DNA of 64,000 nucleotides from Clostridia bacterium (GCA_017442265.1 JAFSAC010000048.1:1191-65190), one strand, 5' to 3'. Counted from the first letter of the stretch, positions 45,834 to 54,478 are shown. Program-made: numbers and translations. The notes: generated by a model from the letters alone, not told the origin.

Positions 45834-46850
45834 TTATGCGCGGAAAAACAGTAAGAGTGCCAGCACACCGCCGATTACGGTGACCGCCGAAAACACCAAA
45901 ACGATCTTGTTTTCGCTCCAGTTGCACAGTTCAAAGTGGTGATGAAGCGGGCTCATTTTGAATAACCGGCGACCGTGGGTGAGTTTGAAGTAGGTTACCT
46001 GCAGGATCACCGAAAGATTTTCGAAAATGTAGATAATGCCGATCGGCACCAACAAAAACGGCTGTTCCAGCGAGAAGGCAAGACCGGTCAAAAGCGCGCC
46101 AATAAACAGCGAGCCGGTGTCCCCCATAAACACCCGCGCCGGGTGCAGGTTCCACATCAAAAATCCGGCAAGCGCTCCGGCAAAGGCAACGGCAACGGTG
46201 CTGATGCCGAAGGCCGCCGTATTGCCGGCAATGATCACCAGGGGAAGCACCGCTATAAAGCTGACACTGCCGCAAAGGCCGTCCACCCCGTCGGTGAGGT
46301 TGGTGGCGTTGCTCATCGCAATGATGACAAAGATGCAAAACGGAATGTACCAGAAGCCGAAATCCACCGGTCCGAAGAAGGGAACTTTGATAACGTGCCC
46401 GCCGGCCAGGTACATCGCTACCGCGAAGGCGGTAGCCACCAGTAGCTGGGCGATCAGCTTCTGCCGGGCGGTAAGCCCCAAATTGCGCTTTTTGACCACC
46501 TTGATATAGTCGTCTAAAAATCCGATCAATCCGCAACCCAGTGCGAGTAAAAGGGTGCCGAACAGCTTGACAAGCGACAGGGTAGTGCCGGACAGGATTT
46601 TATAATCGAGGAATAGCTGGCTTATCAGGATCGTCAACAAAGCGGTGACTACCGTCGCCGCGATAAACAGCACGCCGCCCATAGTGGGGGTGCCGGATTT
46701 ACTCTGGTGCCAGGCGGGACCTTCCTCCCGGATAGTTTGCCCAAAATGCAGGCGTTGCAGGGCGGGGATCACCCATTTTCCCAACAGGGTGGAGATCAGA
46801 AAGGATAGAATACCGGTTGCGCACAGAACCCATAGTTGCATTGTCGTCAT
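45834..46850 (-). CDS. mraY: Phospho-N-acetylmuramoyl-pentapeptide-transferase
   Basis: GTPTMGG, NATNLTDGVDGL, DTGSLFIGA and PLHHHFEL motifs. Confidence 0.97.
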   Translation of the reverse strand: MTTMQLWVLCATGILSFLISTLLGKWVIPALQRLHFGQTIREEGPAWHQSKSGTPTMGGVLFIAATVVTALLTILISQLFLDYKILSGTTLSLVKLFGTLLLALGCGLIGFLDDYIKVVKKRNLGLTARQKLIAQLLVATAFAVAMYLAGGHVIKVPFFGPVDFGFWYIPFCIFVIIAMSNATNLTDGVDGLCGSVSFIAVLPLVIIAGNTAAFGISTVAVAFAGALAGFLMWNLHPARVFMGDTGSLFIGALLTGLAFSLEQPFLLVPIGIIYIFENLSVILQVTYFKLTHGRRLFKMSPLHHHFELCNWSENKIVLVFSAVTVIGGVLALLLFFRA

Positions 46851-46861
46851 AGCTGTTCTCC

Positions 46862-48304
46862 TTATTCGAGTGTTTTGATCGCCTCGGCGACCACCTCGCG
46901 CTCATCCAGGTGGATGACACCGGTGGAGAGGATCTGGTAGGTTTCGTGTCCTTTGCCGGCAAGTAAAACGGTATCGCCGGCTTTGGCGTTTTGAATCGCC
47001 CAATGAATCGCTTCCACCCGGTTTTCGATCACCTTGACCGGGGTTTTGGTATCCTTCATACCGGCGACGATTTCCTCAATGATAAAAGCGGGATCTTCGG
47101 TGCGCGGATTATCGGAGGTGACCACCGCGAGATCCGAGAGTCTTGCCGCGATACCGCCCATTTGCGGGCGTTTCAAGCGGTCGCGGTCACCGCCGCAGCC
47201 GAACACCGTGATCAGCCGACCGGGACAACAGTCCTTGAGGGTACGGCAGATGTTTTCCAGGCCGTCCGGCGTGTGAGCGTAGTCGATGACCACCGTGAAA
47301 TCCCGGCCGGTGGGCACCACCTCGGCGCGTCCTTTGACGCCGGGGGCTTTATCCAATGCTTCGATCACCGTCTCGAAGGGAAGTCCCAGCGACACCGCAC
47401 AGGCGGCCGCCGCCATACCGTTGTAAACCGAGAACTGCCCGGGGATGTGCAGATGTACCCGCCCGAGCTGACCGTCGCCGACCAACACAAACCGAACGCC
47501 GTCCGCCTTGTATTCAATATTTTTTGCGATAAAATCTGCGGCATCCAGCTTTGCGGAGTAGCGGGTGATCGGGCCGGGGATACCGTCGGTAAGGGTATCC
47601 GCCCACCGATCGTCCGCATTGATGATTGCGTGACGGCATTGGAAAAATAGTCGCTTTTTGGCGGCGAGATAGTTTTCCATGGTGCCGTGGTAGTCCAGAT
47701 GATCCTGGGTCAGGTTGGAAAACACCGCCGCATCAAAGGTACAGCCGGCGACCCGTTCCTGATCCAGCGCGTGGGAGGAGACCTCCATAACGCAGTAGTC
47801 GCACCCTTCGGCGACCATAAGCGCAAATAAGCTTTGCAGGTCGTAGGTGTCGGGGGTGGTGCGGGCGGCGGGCAATGCCCGGTCGCCGATCATATTCTGA
47901 ATGGTACCGATCAGCCCCACCTTGTGCCCCGCGTGCTCCAAAATGCTTTTAAGCAGGCAGGCGGTGGTGGTTTTTCCGTTGGTGCCGGTCACCCCGATCA
48001 GATGCAGTTGATCAGCGGGGTGATGAAACCAGTTGGCGGCCATTTTTGCCCAGGTCAGGCGGGAGGAGGAGACGAGAATCTGACGGGGAAGACCGAGGTC
48101 CCGTTCCACCACGATTCCGGCCACCCCGCGTTCGATCGCATCGGCGGCAAAGTTGTGCCCGTCGACCGCGTAGCCGTGGATACACACTAAAATCCCGCCC
48201 GCCTCCGCTTTGCGGGAGTCACAGGTAATGGCGGAGATTTCCGTATCGAGAGGGAGGGAATGAGAAACGATCTCGGTCCCGGCAAACAATTCGGAAAATT
48301 TCAT
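46862..48304 (-). CDS. murE: UDP-N-acetylmuramoyl-L-alanyl-D-glutamate--2,6-diaminopimelate ligase
   Basis: GVTGTNGKTT P-loop, Mur ligase middle and C-terminal domains, and GCGGDRDRLKRP (DNPR-type region SDNPRTED). Confidence 0.93.
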   Translation of the reverse strand: MKFSELFAGTEIVSHSLPLDTEISAITCDSRKAEAGGILVCIHGYAVDGHNFAADAIERGVAGIVVERDLGLPRQILVSSSRLTWAKMAANWFHHPADQLHLIGVTGTNGKTTTACLLKSILEHAGHKVGLIGTIQNMIGDRALPAARTTPDTYDLQSLFALMVAEGCDYCVMEVSSHALDQERVAGCTFDAAVFSNLTQDHLDYHGTMENYLAAKKRLFFQCRHAIINADDRWADTLTDGIPGPITRYSAKLDAADFIAKNIEYKADGVRFVLVGDGQLGRVHLHIPGQFSVYNGMAAAACAVSLGLPFETVIEALDKAPGVKGRAEVVPTGRDFTVVIDYAHTPDGLENICRTLKDCCPGRLITVFGCGGDRDRLKRPQMGGIAARLSDLAVVTSDNPRTEDPAFIIEEIVAGMKDTKTPVKVIENRVEAIHWAIQNAKAGDTVLLAGKGHETYQILSTGVIHLDEREVVAEAIKTLE

Positions 48305-48325
48305 GATGCTCCTCCTTTTTAGGTA

Positions 48326-50620
48326 TCAACCGCCGTCGGCACCGTCCTTATACAGGAAGGAAACGGTAACGGTGGTGCCCGGCGGCACCGCAGTGCCGGG
48401 GGCGATGCTTTGCTTATTGGCAATGGTCTGACCGGAGTCAAGCCCCACGCCGGACACCTTGATATTGAGACCGGCGTTGGTGGCGGCCATATTGGCGGCC
48501 GCCACGCTCATATTCATAAAGTTAGGAACGGTAACCGTTCTTTCGATCGAATTTTCATCGGTGTAGAGAACCACCAAACCGCCGCGCGGAACCGACTGAC
48601 CGGCTTCCGGGACCTGCTTTAATACCGTTTCGCCTTTGCCGACCACCCGCGCCGATAAGCCGGCGTTGGTGATAGCGGCCTGGGCGGCGGTAAGCGGCTT
48701 GTCGGTGACGGCCGGGGTGGTGGTGCTGAGCTTCACAAGCTCGGCGTCGGTGTACTTCGGCTCTACGCCGAGATAAGGAAGCACCTCGGACAACACCTTC
48801 TGTGCCACCGGAGCGGCAATGGTGCCGCCGAAACGAATCGCGGATTGCGGTTGGTCTAAGAGGATCAGGATCGCCACCTGCGGGTCGTCTGCCGGAGCGA
48901 AGCCGGCGAAGGAGGCGACCACCTCGTTGCCTTCGATATCCCGTTTTTCGGAGGTGCCGGTTTTACCGGCAACCCGGTAACCGGCGACGTAGGCGCCTTT
49001 ACAGCCGCCGCCGTTAACAGCCGCCTTCATCATATCCGACACTTTGGCGGCGGTTTCCTTGGAGATGACCTGGCGACGGACGGTGCGCTCGGTGTTTTCC
49101 ACCACGTTTCCGTTTTCGTCCAGGATCTGCTGAACCACGTACGGGGTAAGAAGCTCGCCGCCGTTGGCAATGGCGGAGATCGCGTTGATCATCTGAATGG
49201 GGGTCACCTTGTTGGTCTGACCGAATGCCGCCGTCGCCAGCGATGCTACCGTGTTGGATAAGGTTTTCTCCGAGTGATACAGCCCGGCATTGGAGGTCTC
49301 TCCGGTCATATCAATGCCGGTTTTTTCGGTGAATCCGAATGCGGTAAAGTACTTAAAGAAGTTGTGCGCACCCATTTTCAGGCCGATCTGCATAAAGTAC
49401 GGGTTGCAGGAGCCGGAGATAGCGCCCGGCATATCCAGCGTACCGTGCCCGCCCGCCTTATGACAGCGAATGGTCCAGCCGCCAACCTTGTAATAGCCGG
49501 GGCAGTTGTAGGAGGTCTGCAGGGTGCCGACCCCTTCCTCCAATGCGGCGGATGCGGTGAACACCTTGAATACCGAGCCCGGCTCGTAGGTTTCGGAAAC
49601 CGCTTTGTTTTTCCATTGCTGTTGCAGAGCGGTGGTACGGGCGGCGGCTTGTTCCTCTTCGGGAAGCTGGGCGATCGCATCCGCTACCGCCTGGTCGGCG
49701 ATGACAAACGGATTGTTCGGGTCGTAGTCCCCTTTGGTCGCCATAGCGAGAATGCCGCCGGTCTTGACGTTTTGGATCAGAATGGTGCCGCGGTTGGTGG
49801 TGCCGGTTTCCCGTACCGCCTCCTCGAGGTATTTTTCGGCGTACATCTGCACCGTTTGATCAATGGAAAGCACCAAGCTGTTGCCGTCCTCGGCATCCAC
49901 CACCTTGCTGTATTCCATTTGGGTGGGCATCTCGTCACCCCAGCCGTTTTGAGCGGTGACGATGCGGCCCGGCACGCCGGACAGCACGCTGTCGTAGGCG
50001 GCCTCTAACCCTTCCAGTCCGTTGTTATCGGTGCCGGTGAAGCCGAGTACGTTGGATAACAGCACTCCTTGGGGATAATATCGCTTATAATCCGGGATGA
50101 TACGGAATACACCGGCCAGTCCGTTTTCGGTCACCCAGGTGATAAATTCCTCTTTCTGCCGGTATTCCACCCGGGTCTTGACCACTTCGTATTGCGAATT
50201 GGTTTTGCCGGTCTGATTAAACAGCTTTTCCCGATCAATCTCCAAGAGGGCAGAGAGCTGGTCGGCAATGTACCCGCGCAGTTCTTCCTGCGAATCAATG
50301 CCGGGCAATTTCTCCAGGTTGACGTCCTCGATATTCTTCGGGGACATGATCAGCCGCCATACGTCGGCGGAGATCGCCAGCGGCTCCATATTGGCATCGT
50401 AAATGGTGCCGCGCTTGGCGGCCACGACATTGTCGCTCATCTGCTGAGAGCGGGCACGCGCCAGCCAATCGTCCCCCTGCACCAGTTGGATGATCGCCAT
50501 GTGCACGACGATAGCGAGAGCGAGCAGCAGCATAATGCACAGTACGATATAGTTGCGCAGATTCATTCGCCGGGACGGTTTGTTGGTGACCACCTGGTCG
50601 GTTTTTGGCTTTTTCGCCAT
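48326..50620 (-). CDS. Class B penicillin-binding protein (FtsI/PBP2B/SpoVD type) with two C-terminal PASTA domains
   Basis: N-terminal TM and dimerisation domain. Transpeptidase motifs SVFK (SxxK), SGSCN-region and KTGT. Two PASTA-like repeats at the C-terminus. Start at the ATG at 50620 after AAAGGGTG. Confidence 0.92.
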   Translation of the reverse strand: MAKKPKTDQVVTNKPSRRMNLRNYIVLCIMLLLALAIVVHMAIIQLVQGDDWLARARSQQMSDNVVAAKRGTIYDANMEPLAISADVWRLIMSPKNIEDVNLEKLPGIDSQEELRGYIADQLSALLEIDREKLFNQTGKTNSQYEVVKTRVEYRQKEEFITWVTENGLAGVFRIIPDYKRYYPQGVLLSNVLGFTGTDNNGLEGLEAAYDSVLSGVPGRIVTAQNGWGDEMPTQMEYSKVVDAEDGNSLVLSIDQTVQMYAEKYLEEAVRETGTTNRGTILIQNVKTGGILAMATKGDYDPNNPFVIADQAVADAIAQLPEEEQAAARTTALQQQWKNKAVSETYEPGSVFKVFTASAALEEGVGTLQTSYNCPGYYKVGGWTIRCHKAGGHGTLDMPGAISGSCNPYFMQIGLKMGAHNFFKYFTAFGFTEKTGIDMTGETSNAGLYHSEKTLSNTVASLATAAFGQTNKVTPIQMINAISAIANGGELLTPYVVQQILDENGNVVENTERTVRRQVISKETAAKVSDMMKAAVNGGGCKGAYVAGYRVAGKTGTSEKRDIEGNEVVASFAGFAPADDPQVAILILLDQPQSAIRFGGTIAAPVAQKVLSEVLPYLGVEPKYTDAELVKLSTTTPAVTDKPLTAAQAAITNAGLSARVVGKGETVLKQVPEAGQSVPRGGLVVLYTDENSIERTVTVPNFMNMSVAAANMAATNAGLNIKVSGVGLDSGQTIANKQSIAPGTAVPPGTTVTVSFLYKDGADGG

Positions 50621-50753
50621 ACTGCTCACCCTTTCTTTTAAATGGTACTAAATACAGAAACGAGAGTTAAGATATTCTCCCAACTCTCGGTTTTCTTTCC
50701 ACTTGATAACGGCTCATATATACCTATTTTGAAAATGGGACGGCTATGCCGGT

Positions 50754-51230
50754 TTAGGAAAAAATTCCGGCAATGGCCTGAAAGACCTGCTGAAACCAGC
50801 CGGCATCTCCGTTGGCGACGGTGACCGTGTCACTGCCGGACAGGGTGATGTAATGGATCTGGTTTCCGTCGGCCACCGACATACCGTTGGCCTGCGCATA
50901 GGCGTTGACGTTGGCAATAGAGGTCTTGCTGGCGAGCTCCGACTCCAGCCGAACCTGCTCACTTTGCAGTTCGCTGAGTCGTGCACGGCTTTCGGCGATC
51001 TGGGAATTCAGTTCGGTCAGCTGTACGTTGGAGGTGATGAGAAGGGCGATAATGCCCAGCGCCACCACCGCGATCAGCACGTAGGCGGTCACGTTGAGCA
51101 CCGATTGCAGTCGCTGATGCCGGCTGTTGCTCTTGAGTTCCTTCTTATTCGGTTTCAGTGCCACCAGTCGTGCTTTTTTGTTTTCAAACAGCGACAGATC
51201 GTAGGCAGTTGCCTGATCACGGGTTGCCAT
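50754..51230 (-). CDS. ftsL: FtsL-like cell division protein
   Basis: Single TM (VTAYVLIAVVALGIIALLI) followed by a coiled coil (LTELNSQIAESRARLSELQSEQVRLESEL). It occupies the conserved position between rsmH and the PBP gene. Confidence 0.7.
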   Translation of the reverse strand: MATRDQATAYDLSLFENKKARLVALKPNKKELKSNSRHQRLQSVLNVTAYVLIAVVALGIIALLITSNVQLTELNSQIAESRARLSELQSEQVRLESELASKTSIANVNAYAQANGMSVADGNQIHYITLSGSDTVTVANGDAGWFQQVFQAIAGIFS

Positions 51231-51275
51231 AGCACTTCCTCCTTTAAACTTCCTTTATATAACGATGAGATGATT

Positions 51276-52235
51276 TTACGGGTTTCGTTGGTGCAGTCGC
51301 CGGATACACCGGAGCTTTGCCGATCGACTGCGGGGATTTTGCTCCAATTCCGCCGGAGAGGCGGTTATCGGTTTTTGAAACTGTTCCGCCGCCGGGGTGC
51401 GTCCGCAGACACTAACCGGAAAATCCCGGGGGCAGGTACAGCCCTGTCGAAGCGCTGAAAAATGTTGCTTGACAATGCGGTCCTCCAGCGAATGGAAGGT
51501 GATGACCGCGAGGATGCCGCCGTCATTGAGACAGTCAAAAGCGGTAGTGAGCGCTTTTTCCAGACACTCCAGTTCACGGTTTACCGCAATGCGTAGCGCC
51601 TGGAATACCCGCCGGGCGGGATGCCCGTCCCGCCTGGCCGCCGCCGGAACCGCTTCCCGGATGATATCGGCGAGCTGTAGGGTGGTGGTAATGGGCGAAT
51701 CTTCACGGGCTTTGACGATCGCCCGGGCGATCGGGCGGGAAAACTTTTCTTCTCCAAAGGTGTAAAAGATACGGGAGAGTTCCGATTCCGTCAGCGTGTT
51801 GATGAGATCGGCGGCGGTTTCGCCGCTTTGACTCATCCGCATATCCAGCGGCGCATCCGCGTGGAAGGAGAAGCCGCGGGCGGCTTCATCTAACTGGTGA
51901 GAGGAAACGCCGATATCAAGGAGAATACCGTCTACCTTGTCGATCCCGAGATCGCGCAACACCTTGTCCATTTCGGTGAAGTTGGACTGTACCACTGTGG
52001 CGGGCAGGCCTTTGAGCCGTGCGCCGGCTTCCTTGATCGCGTCCGGGTCCTGATCGAGGGAGACGAGCCGTCCGGAGGTGAGCCGGGAGGCGATCGCAAA
52101 ACTGTGTCCGCCGCCGCCTGCCGTACCGTCGAGGTAGATGCCGTCCGGCCGAATGTTCAGCGCTCCGATCGTTTCTTCCAGCAGGACCGGGATATGATAT
52201 TGTCCGCCGCCTGCCATATCGGTCACGTCCTTCAT
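51276..52235 (-). CDS. rsmH: 16S rRNA (cytosine1402-N4)-methyltransferase
   Basis: HIPVLLEE...DGTAGGGGHS...DLGVSS-type motifs (DIGVSSHQLD). Confidence 0.95.
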   Translation of the reverse strand: MKDVTDMAGGGQYHIPVLLEETIGALNIRPDGIYLDGTAGGGGHSFAIASRLTSGRLVSLDQDPDAIKEAGARLKGLPATVVQSNFTEMDKVLRDLGIDKVDGILLDIGVSSHQLDEAARGFSFHADAPLDMRMSQSGETAADLINTLTESELSRIFYTFGEEKFSRPIARAIVKAREDSPITTTLQLADIIREAVPAAARRDGHPARRVFQALRIAVNRELECLEKALTTAFDCLNDGGILAVITFHSLEDRIVKQHFSALRQGCTCPRDFPVSVCGRTPAAEQFQKPITASPAELEQNPRSRSAKLRCIRRLHQRNP

Positions 52236-52654
52236 CAGAAGCCGAGCTTCATAAACTCTTCTTCCATACTTTCGGGGGTCAGCTTGTTCATGGTCTCTTC
52301 GTAGACCGCCGGTTTCCAGATCTCGGCACGTTTGCCGGCGCCGATGACCAGCGCCTCTTTTTCCAGTCCGGCATATTCTAACAGATGTTTCGGGAGCAGG
52401 ATACGACCTTGCGCATCCGGCGCCACGTCTTCAGCATTTGAAGTTAACTGCCGCAGTAAAGCGCGGCCCTGGGTCATGGGGAGGGAGGCGATACCGTCCA
52501 GCAGCGCGTCCCACTCGTCGGTGGAGTAGAGACATATGCACCGGTCCAATACCACCGCGGCGATAAAGCTGCTGCCAAGCTTGTCGCGGAGCTTGGCCGG
52601 AACGAATAAACGTCCCTTGGCATCCACGGAATGTTGATAGCGGCCGTATAACAT
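52235..52654 (-). CDS. mraZ: Transcriptional regulator MraZ
   Basis: MLYGRYQHSVDAKGRLFVPAKLR and a second DAQGRILLP repeat. Start moved to the ATG at 52654, 6 nt after GGAGGTG. Confidence 0.95.
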   Translation of the reverse strand: MLYGRYQHSVDAKGRLFVPAKLRDKLGSSFIAAVVLDRCICLYSTDEWDALLDGIASLPMTQGRALLRQLTSNAEDVAPDAQGRILLPKHLLEYAGLEKEALVIGAGKRAEIWKPAVYEETMNKLTPESMEEEFMKLGF

Positions 52655-52723
52655 ATGTCTCACCTCCAGTCGACAAATAAAATAGAGAGGAATGTGGAAA
52701 ACTTTGTTTAAAAGTTAAAAACT

Positions 52724-52753
52724 CACCACTTTGCACCATTTTGGCACACTTTT
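52724..52753 (-). promoter_or_regulatory. Three tandem 10-bp direct repeats, candidate MraZ operator
   Basis: On the minus strand: AAAAGTGTGC CAAAATGGTG CAAAGTGGTG, with exact 10-bp periodicity. They lie between the predicted -10 and the mraZ RBS. Confidence 0.6.
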
Positions 52754-52765
52754 AACCACAAACCT

Positions 52766-52794
52766 ATTATATAGGTAAACGAATGAAATTGCAA
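52766..52794 (-). promoter_or_regulatory. Predicted Pmra (dcw cluster) sigma-A promoter
   Basis: On the minus strand: TTGCAA (52789-52794), 17-nt spacer, TATAAT (rc of 52766-52771). An AT-tract-rich UP-like region lies upstream. Confidence 0.6.
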
Positions 52795-52900
52795 TAGTTT
52801 TTTCAAAAAAAATCCGGTTTTTTTGAACTTTTTTTCGGGAAATTTTTTCGGGGCAAAAAAATCGAAAAAACCTTGGCAAATCGGGGTTTTTTCGGGCAAT

Positions 52901-52943
52901 AAAAAAGCGGGCAGGACCCCTTTTTCAAGGGTATCCTGCCCGC
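52901..52943 (-). terminator. Terminator of the AEC transporter gene
   Basis: On the minus strand: gcgggcagga...tcctgcccgc followed by tttttt. Confidence 0.8.
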
Positions 52944-52982
52944 AAATCGAGCAATTATCAAATTAGGGGAAAGAAATGGAGG

Positions 52983-53924
52983 TCAGGCGAGTATTTTCGC
53001 CAGTCCGACCAGAAGCGGCATGGTGATCACCGACACGAGGGTGGTCAAGGAGACGAGATTGCAGGAGGCCTCCGGATAGCGGTCGTATTTGGTGGCGAAC
53101 ATGGTGGTCATGGTCGCAACCGGGGTACTGACCGAGATGATGAGAGAGATCAGCAGGTTGCCGCGCAGACCGCAGAGGTAGAGAATACCGAGGGCGAGCA
53201 GCGGGAAGATCACCATTCGCAGGGCGAGCACCCAAAAGCTCTTGTAATCCTTCAGCGCCGCTTTAAAATCCACCTGAGCGAGGTAGTAGCCGACCACGAT
53301 CATCGGAACGGGGGTGTTGAGCGCCGCCAGATGCCGAATGGGGGCATAGATGATTTCCGGGATTTCAAAAGAGGGGAGAAGGAGCGGCATCAGGAACACG
53401 AGCAAGCCGGCAAACACCCCGATAAGACCGGGGGTGAGCAGCATTTTTTTGGGGGAGATCTGCTTGCGGTCACCGCTCATCAAAAACAGACCGAAGCTCC
53501 ATACGAAAGCGTTAAAAACGGCGATATACATTCCACCGAAAAAGGCACCGTCAGCGCCGATCAGCGCCTCCTGAAGCGGGAGACCCATAAAGCCGGCGTT
53601 GGAGAACATAGCCGCAAACCGAAGCATCCGTTCACGGGAAGGATCGGGGTCCCGCACCAGCGGAAAGGTCAGCAGGATCATCCCCACGTGAATGAGGGAG
53701 GCCAGCAGTAATGCGACCAGCAGTTCCTTCAGCTTTTGAGGGCTGAAGGGGATTTCGGCGAACGAACGGATAATAAGACAGGGGGTGACACAGTAAAGCA
53801 CCAGGTTGGTCAGTCCCTGCACCGATTTTTCCGAAAGTAATTTTGTTTTTTGGGTCAGCACACCCACCCCGATCAGGATGAACAGGATGATCACCTGCTG
53901 TGCCACCGTGAGAAAGCTGTTCAT
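52983..53924 (-). CDS. AEC (auxin efflux carrier) family transporter
   Basis: 10-TM profile. N-terminus FLTVAQQVIILFILIGVGVL...KSVQGLTNLVLYCVTPCLI is typical of the AEC family. A TTGCTT-17-TATGAT promoter lies upstream. Confidence 0.82.
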   Translation of the reverse strand: MNSFLTVAQQVIILFILIGVGVLTQKTKLLSEKSVQGLTNLVLYCVTPCLIIRSFAEIPFSPQKLKELLVALLLASLIHVGMILLTFPLVRDPDPSRERMLRFAAMFSNAGFMGLPLQEALIGADGAFFGGMYIAVFNAFVWSFGLFLMSGDRKQISPKKMLLTPGLIGVFAGLLVFLMPLLLPSFEIPEIIYAPIRHLAALNTPVPMIVVGYYLAQVDFKAALKDYKSFWVLALRMVIFPLLALGILYLCGLRGNLLISLIISVSTPVATMTTMFATKYDRYPEASCNLVSLTTLVSVITMPLLVGLAKILA

Positions 53925-54011
53925 AGTTTTCCTCCTTGCGAGAACCCGTTCGTAACATCATACACCTATTCTCACCAAAAAGCAACGGAAAACCACTTAT
54001 TTTTTTGCATA

Positions 54012-54040
54012 AAAAAACCGCCCCGATCAGGTGGGGCGGT
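54012..54040 (-). terminator. Terminator of the 112-aa membrane protein gene
   Basis: On the minus strand: ccgcccc-loop-ggggcgg followed by ttttttt. Confidence 0.8.
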
Positions 54041-54051
54041 AAGCAGTTTTA

Positions 54052-54390
54052 TTAAGCATATTGCCGCTCGGGAAGGGCGACCACCGGCATCTCCTGCATC
54101 GCGTTGTGGAACTGCAGCTTGTGATAGGCACGTTTTTGCTTGCGGGCGCGCGCTAAACGGGCATCCCGCTTCATCGCCCCGACACAGCACAGCAAAACGG
54201 CGATCCGCAACCCTTCGGACACCGCGAAAAGTCCCGCCGAGGCCATTCCCGCGCCGAACACACAGCTATCCACCACCAACGTCGCCAGCGGCACCAGCGC
54301 CACCAGACGGGTCTGCAGAAACTGCGCTTTATTAAACATATAAAGGAATACCGATCCCATAATCAGGATGTGCAGTACACTCATCGTCAT
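54052..54390 (-). CDS. Small three-TM membrane protein with basic C-terminal tail; candidate SOS-regulated
   Basis: RBS AGGAGGAAAAGG. It has three hydrophobic segments, then KRDARLARARKQKRAYHK. I recognise no family. Confidence 0.65.
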   Translation of the reverse strand: MTMSVLHILIMGSVFLYMFNKAQFLQTRLVALVPLATLVVDSCVFGAGMASAGLFAVSEGLRIAVLLCCVGAMKRDARLARARKQKRAYHKLQFHNAMQEMPVVALPERQYA

Positions 54391-54413
54391 ATCCTTTTCC
54401 TCCTATCGAGAAC

Positions 54414-54440
54414 AGAACACTTGTTCCGAACATTTGTTTT
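54414..54440. promoter_or_regulatory. Two tandem LexA (Cheo/SOS) boxes
   Basis: aGAACacttGTTCc (54414-54427) is a perfect GAAC-N4-GTTC core. cGAACatttGTTTt (54427-54440) has one core mismatch. Both lie between the -10 and the RBS of the 54052-54390 gene. Confidence 0.65.
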
Positions 54441-54450
54441 GTACACCTTC

Positions 54451-54478
54451 ATTATAGCGGTGGTTTTTCAAAAGTCAA
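54451..54478 (-). promoter_or_regulatory. Predicted sigma-A promoter of the small membrane protein gene
   Basis: On the minus strand: TTGACT (rc of 54473-54478), 16-nt spacer, TATAAT (rc of 54451-54456). Confidence 0.6.

Noticed and set aside
45787-45927. An N-terminal extension of the ftsW ORF overlapping the 3' end of mraY.
   Set aside because: The extension is non-hydrophobic, is not conserved in pattern, and overlaps mraY by 94 nt. An RBS (AAGGAGAGG) precedes the internal TTG and ATG starts.
53942-53951. A GAAC..GTTC-like sequence (gaacccgttc) in the AEC transporter leader, considered as a third LexA box.
   Set aside because: The half-sites are separated by 2 nt rather than 4, which does not fit the Cheo-box geometry.
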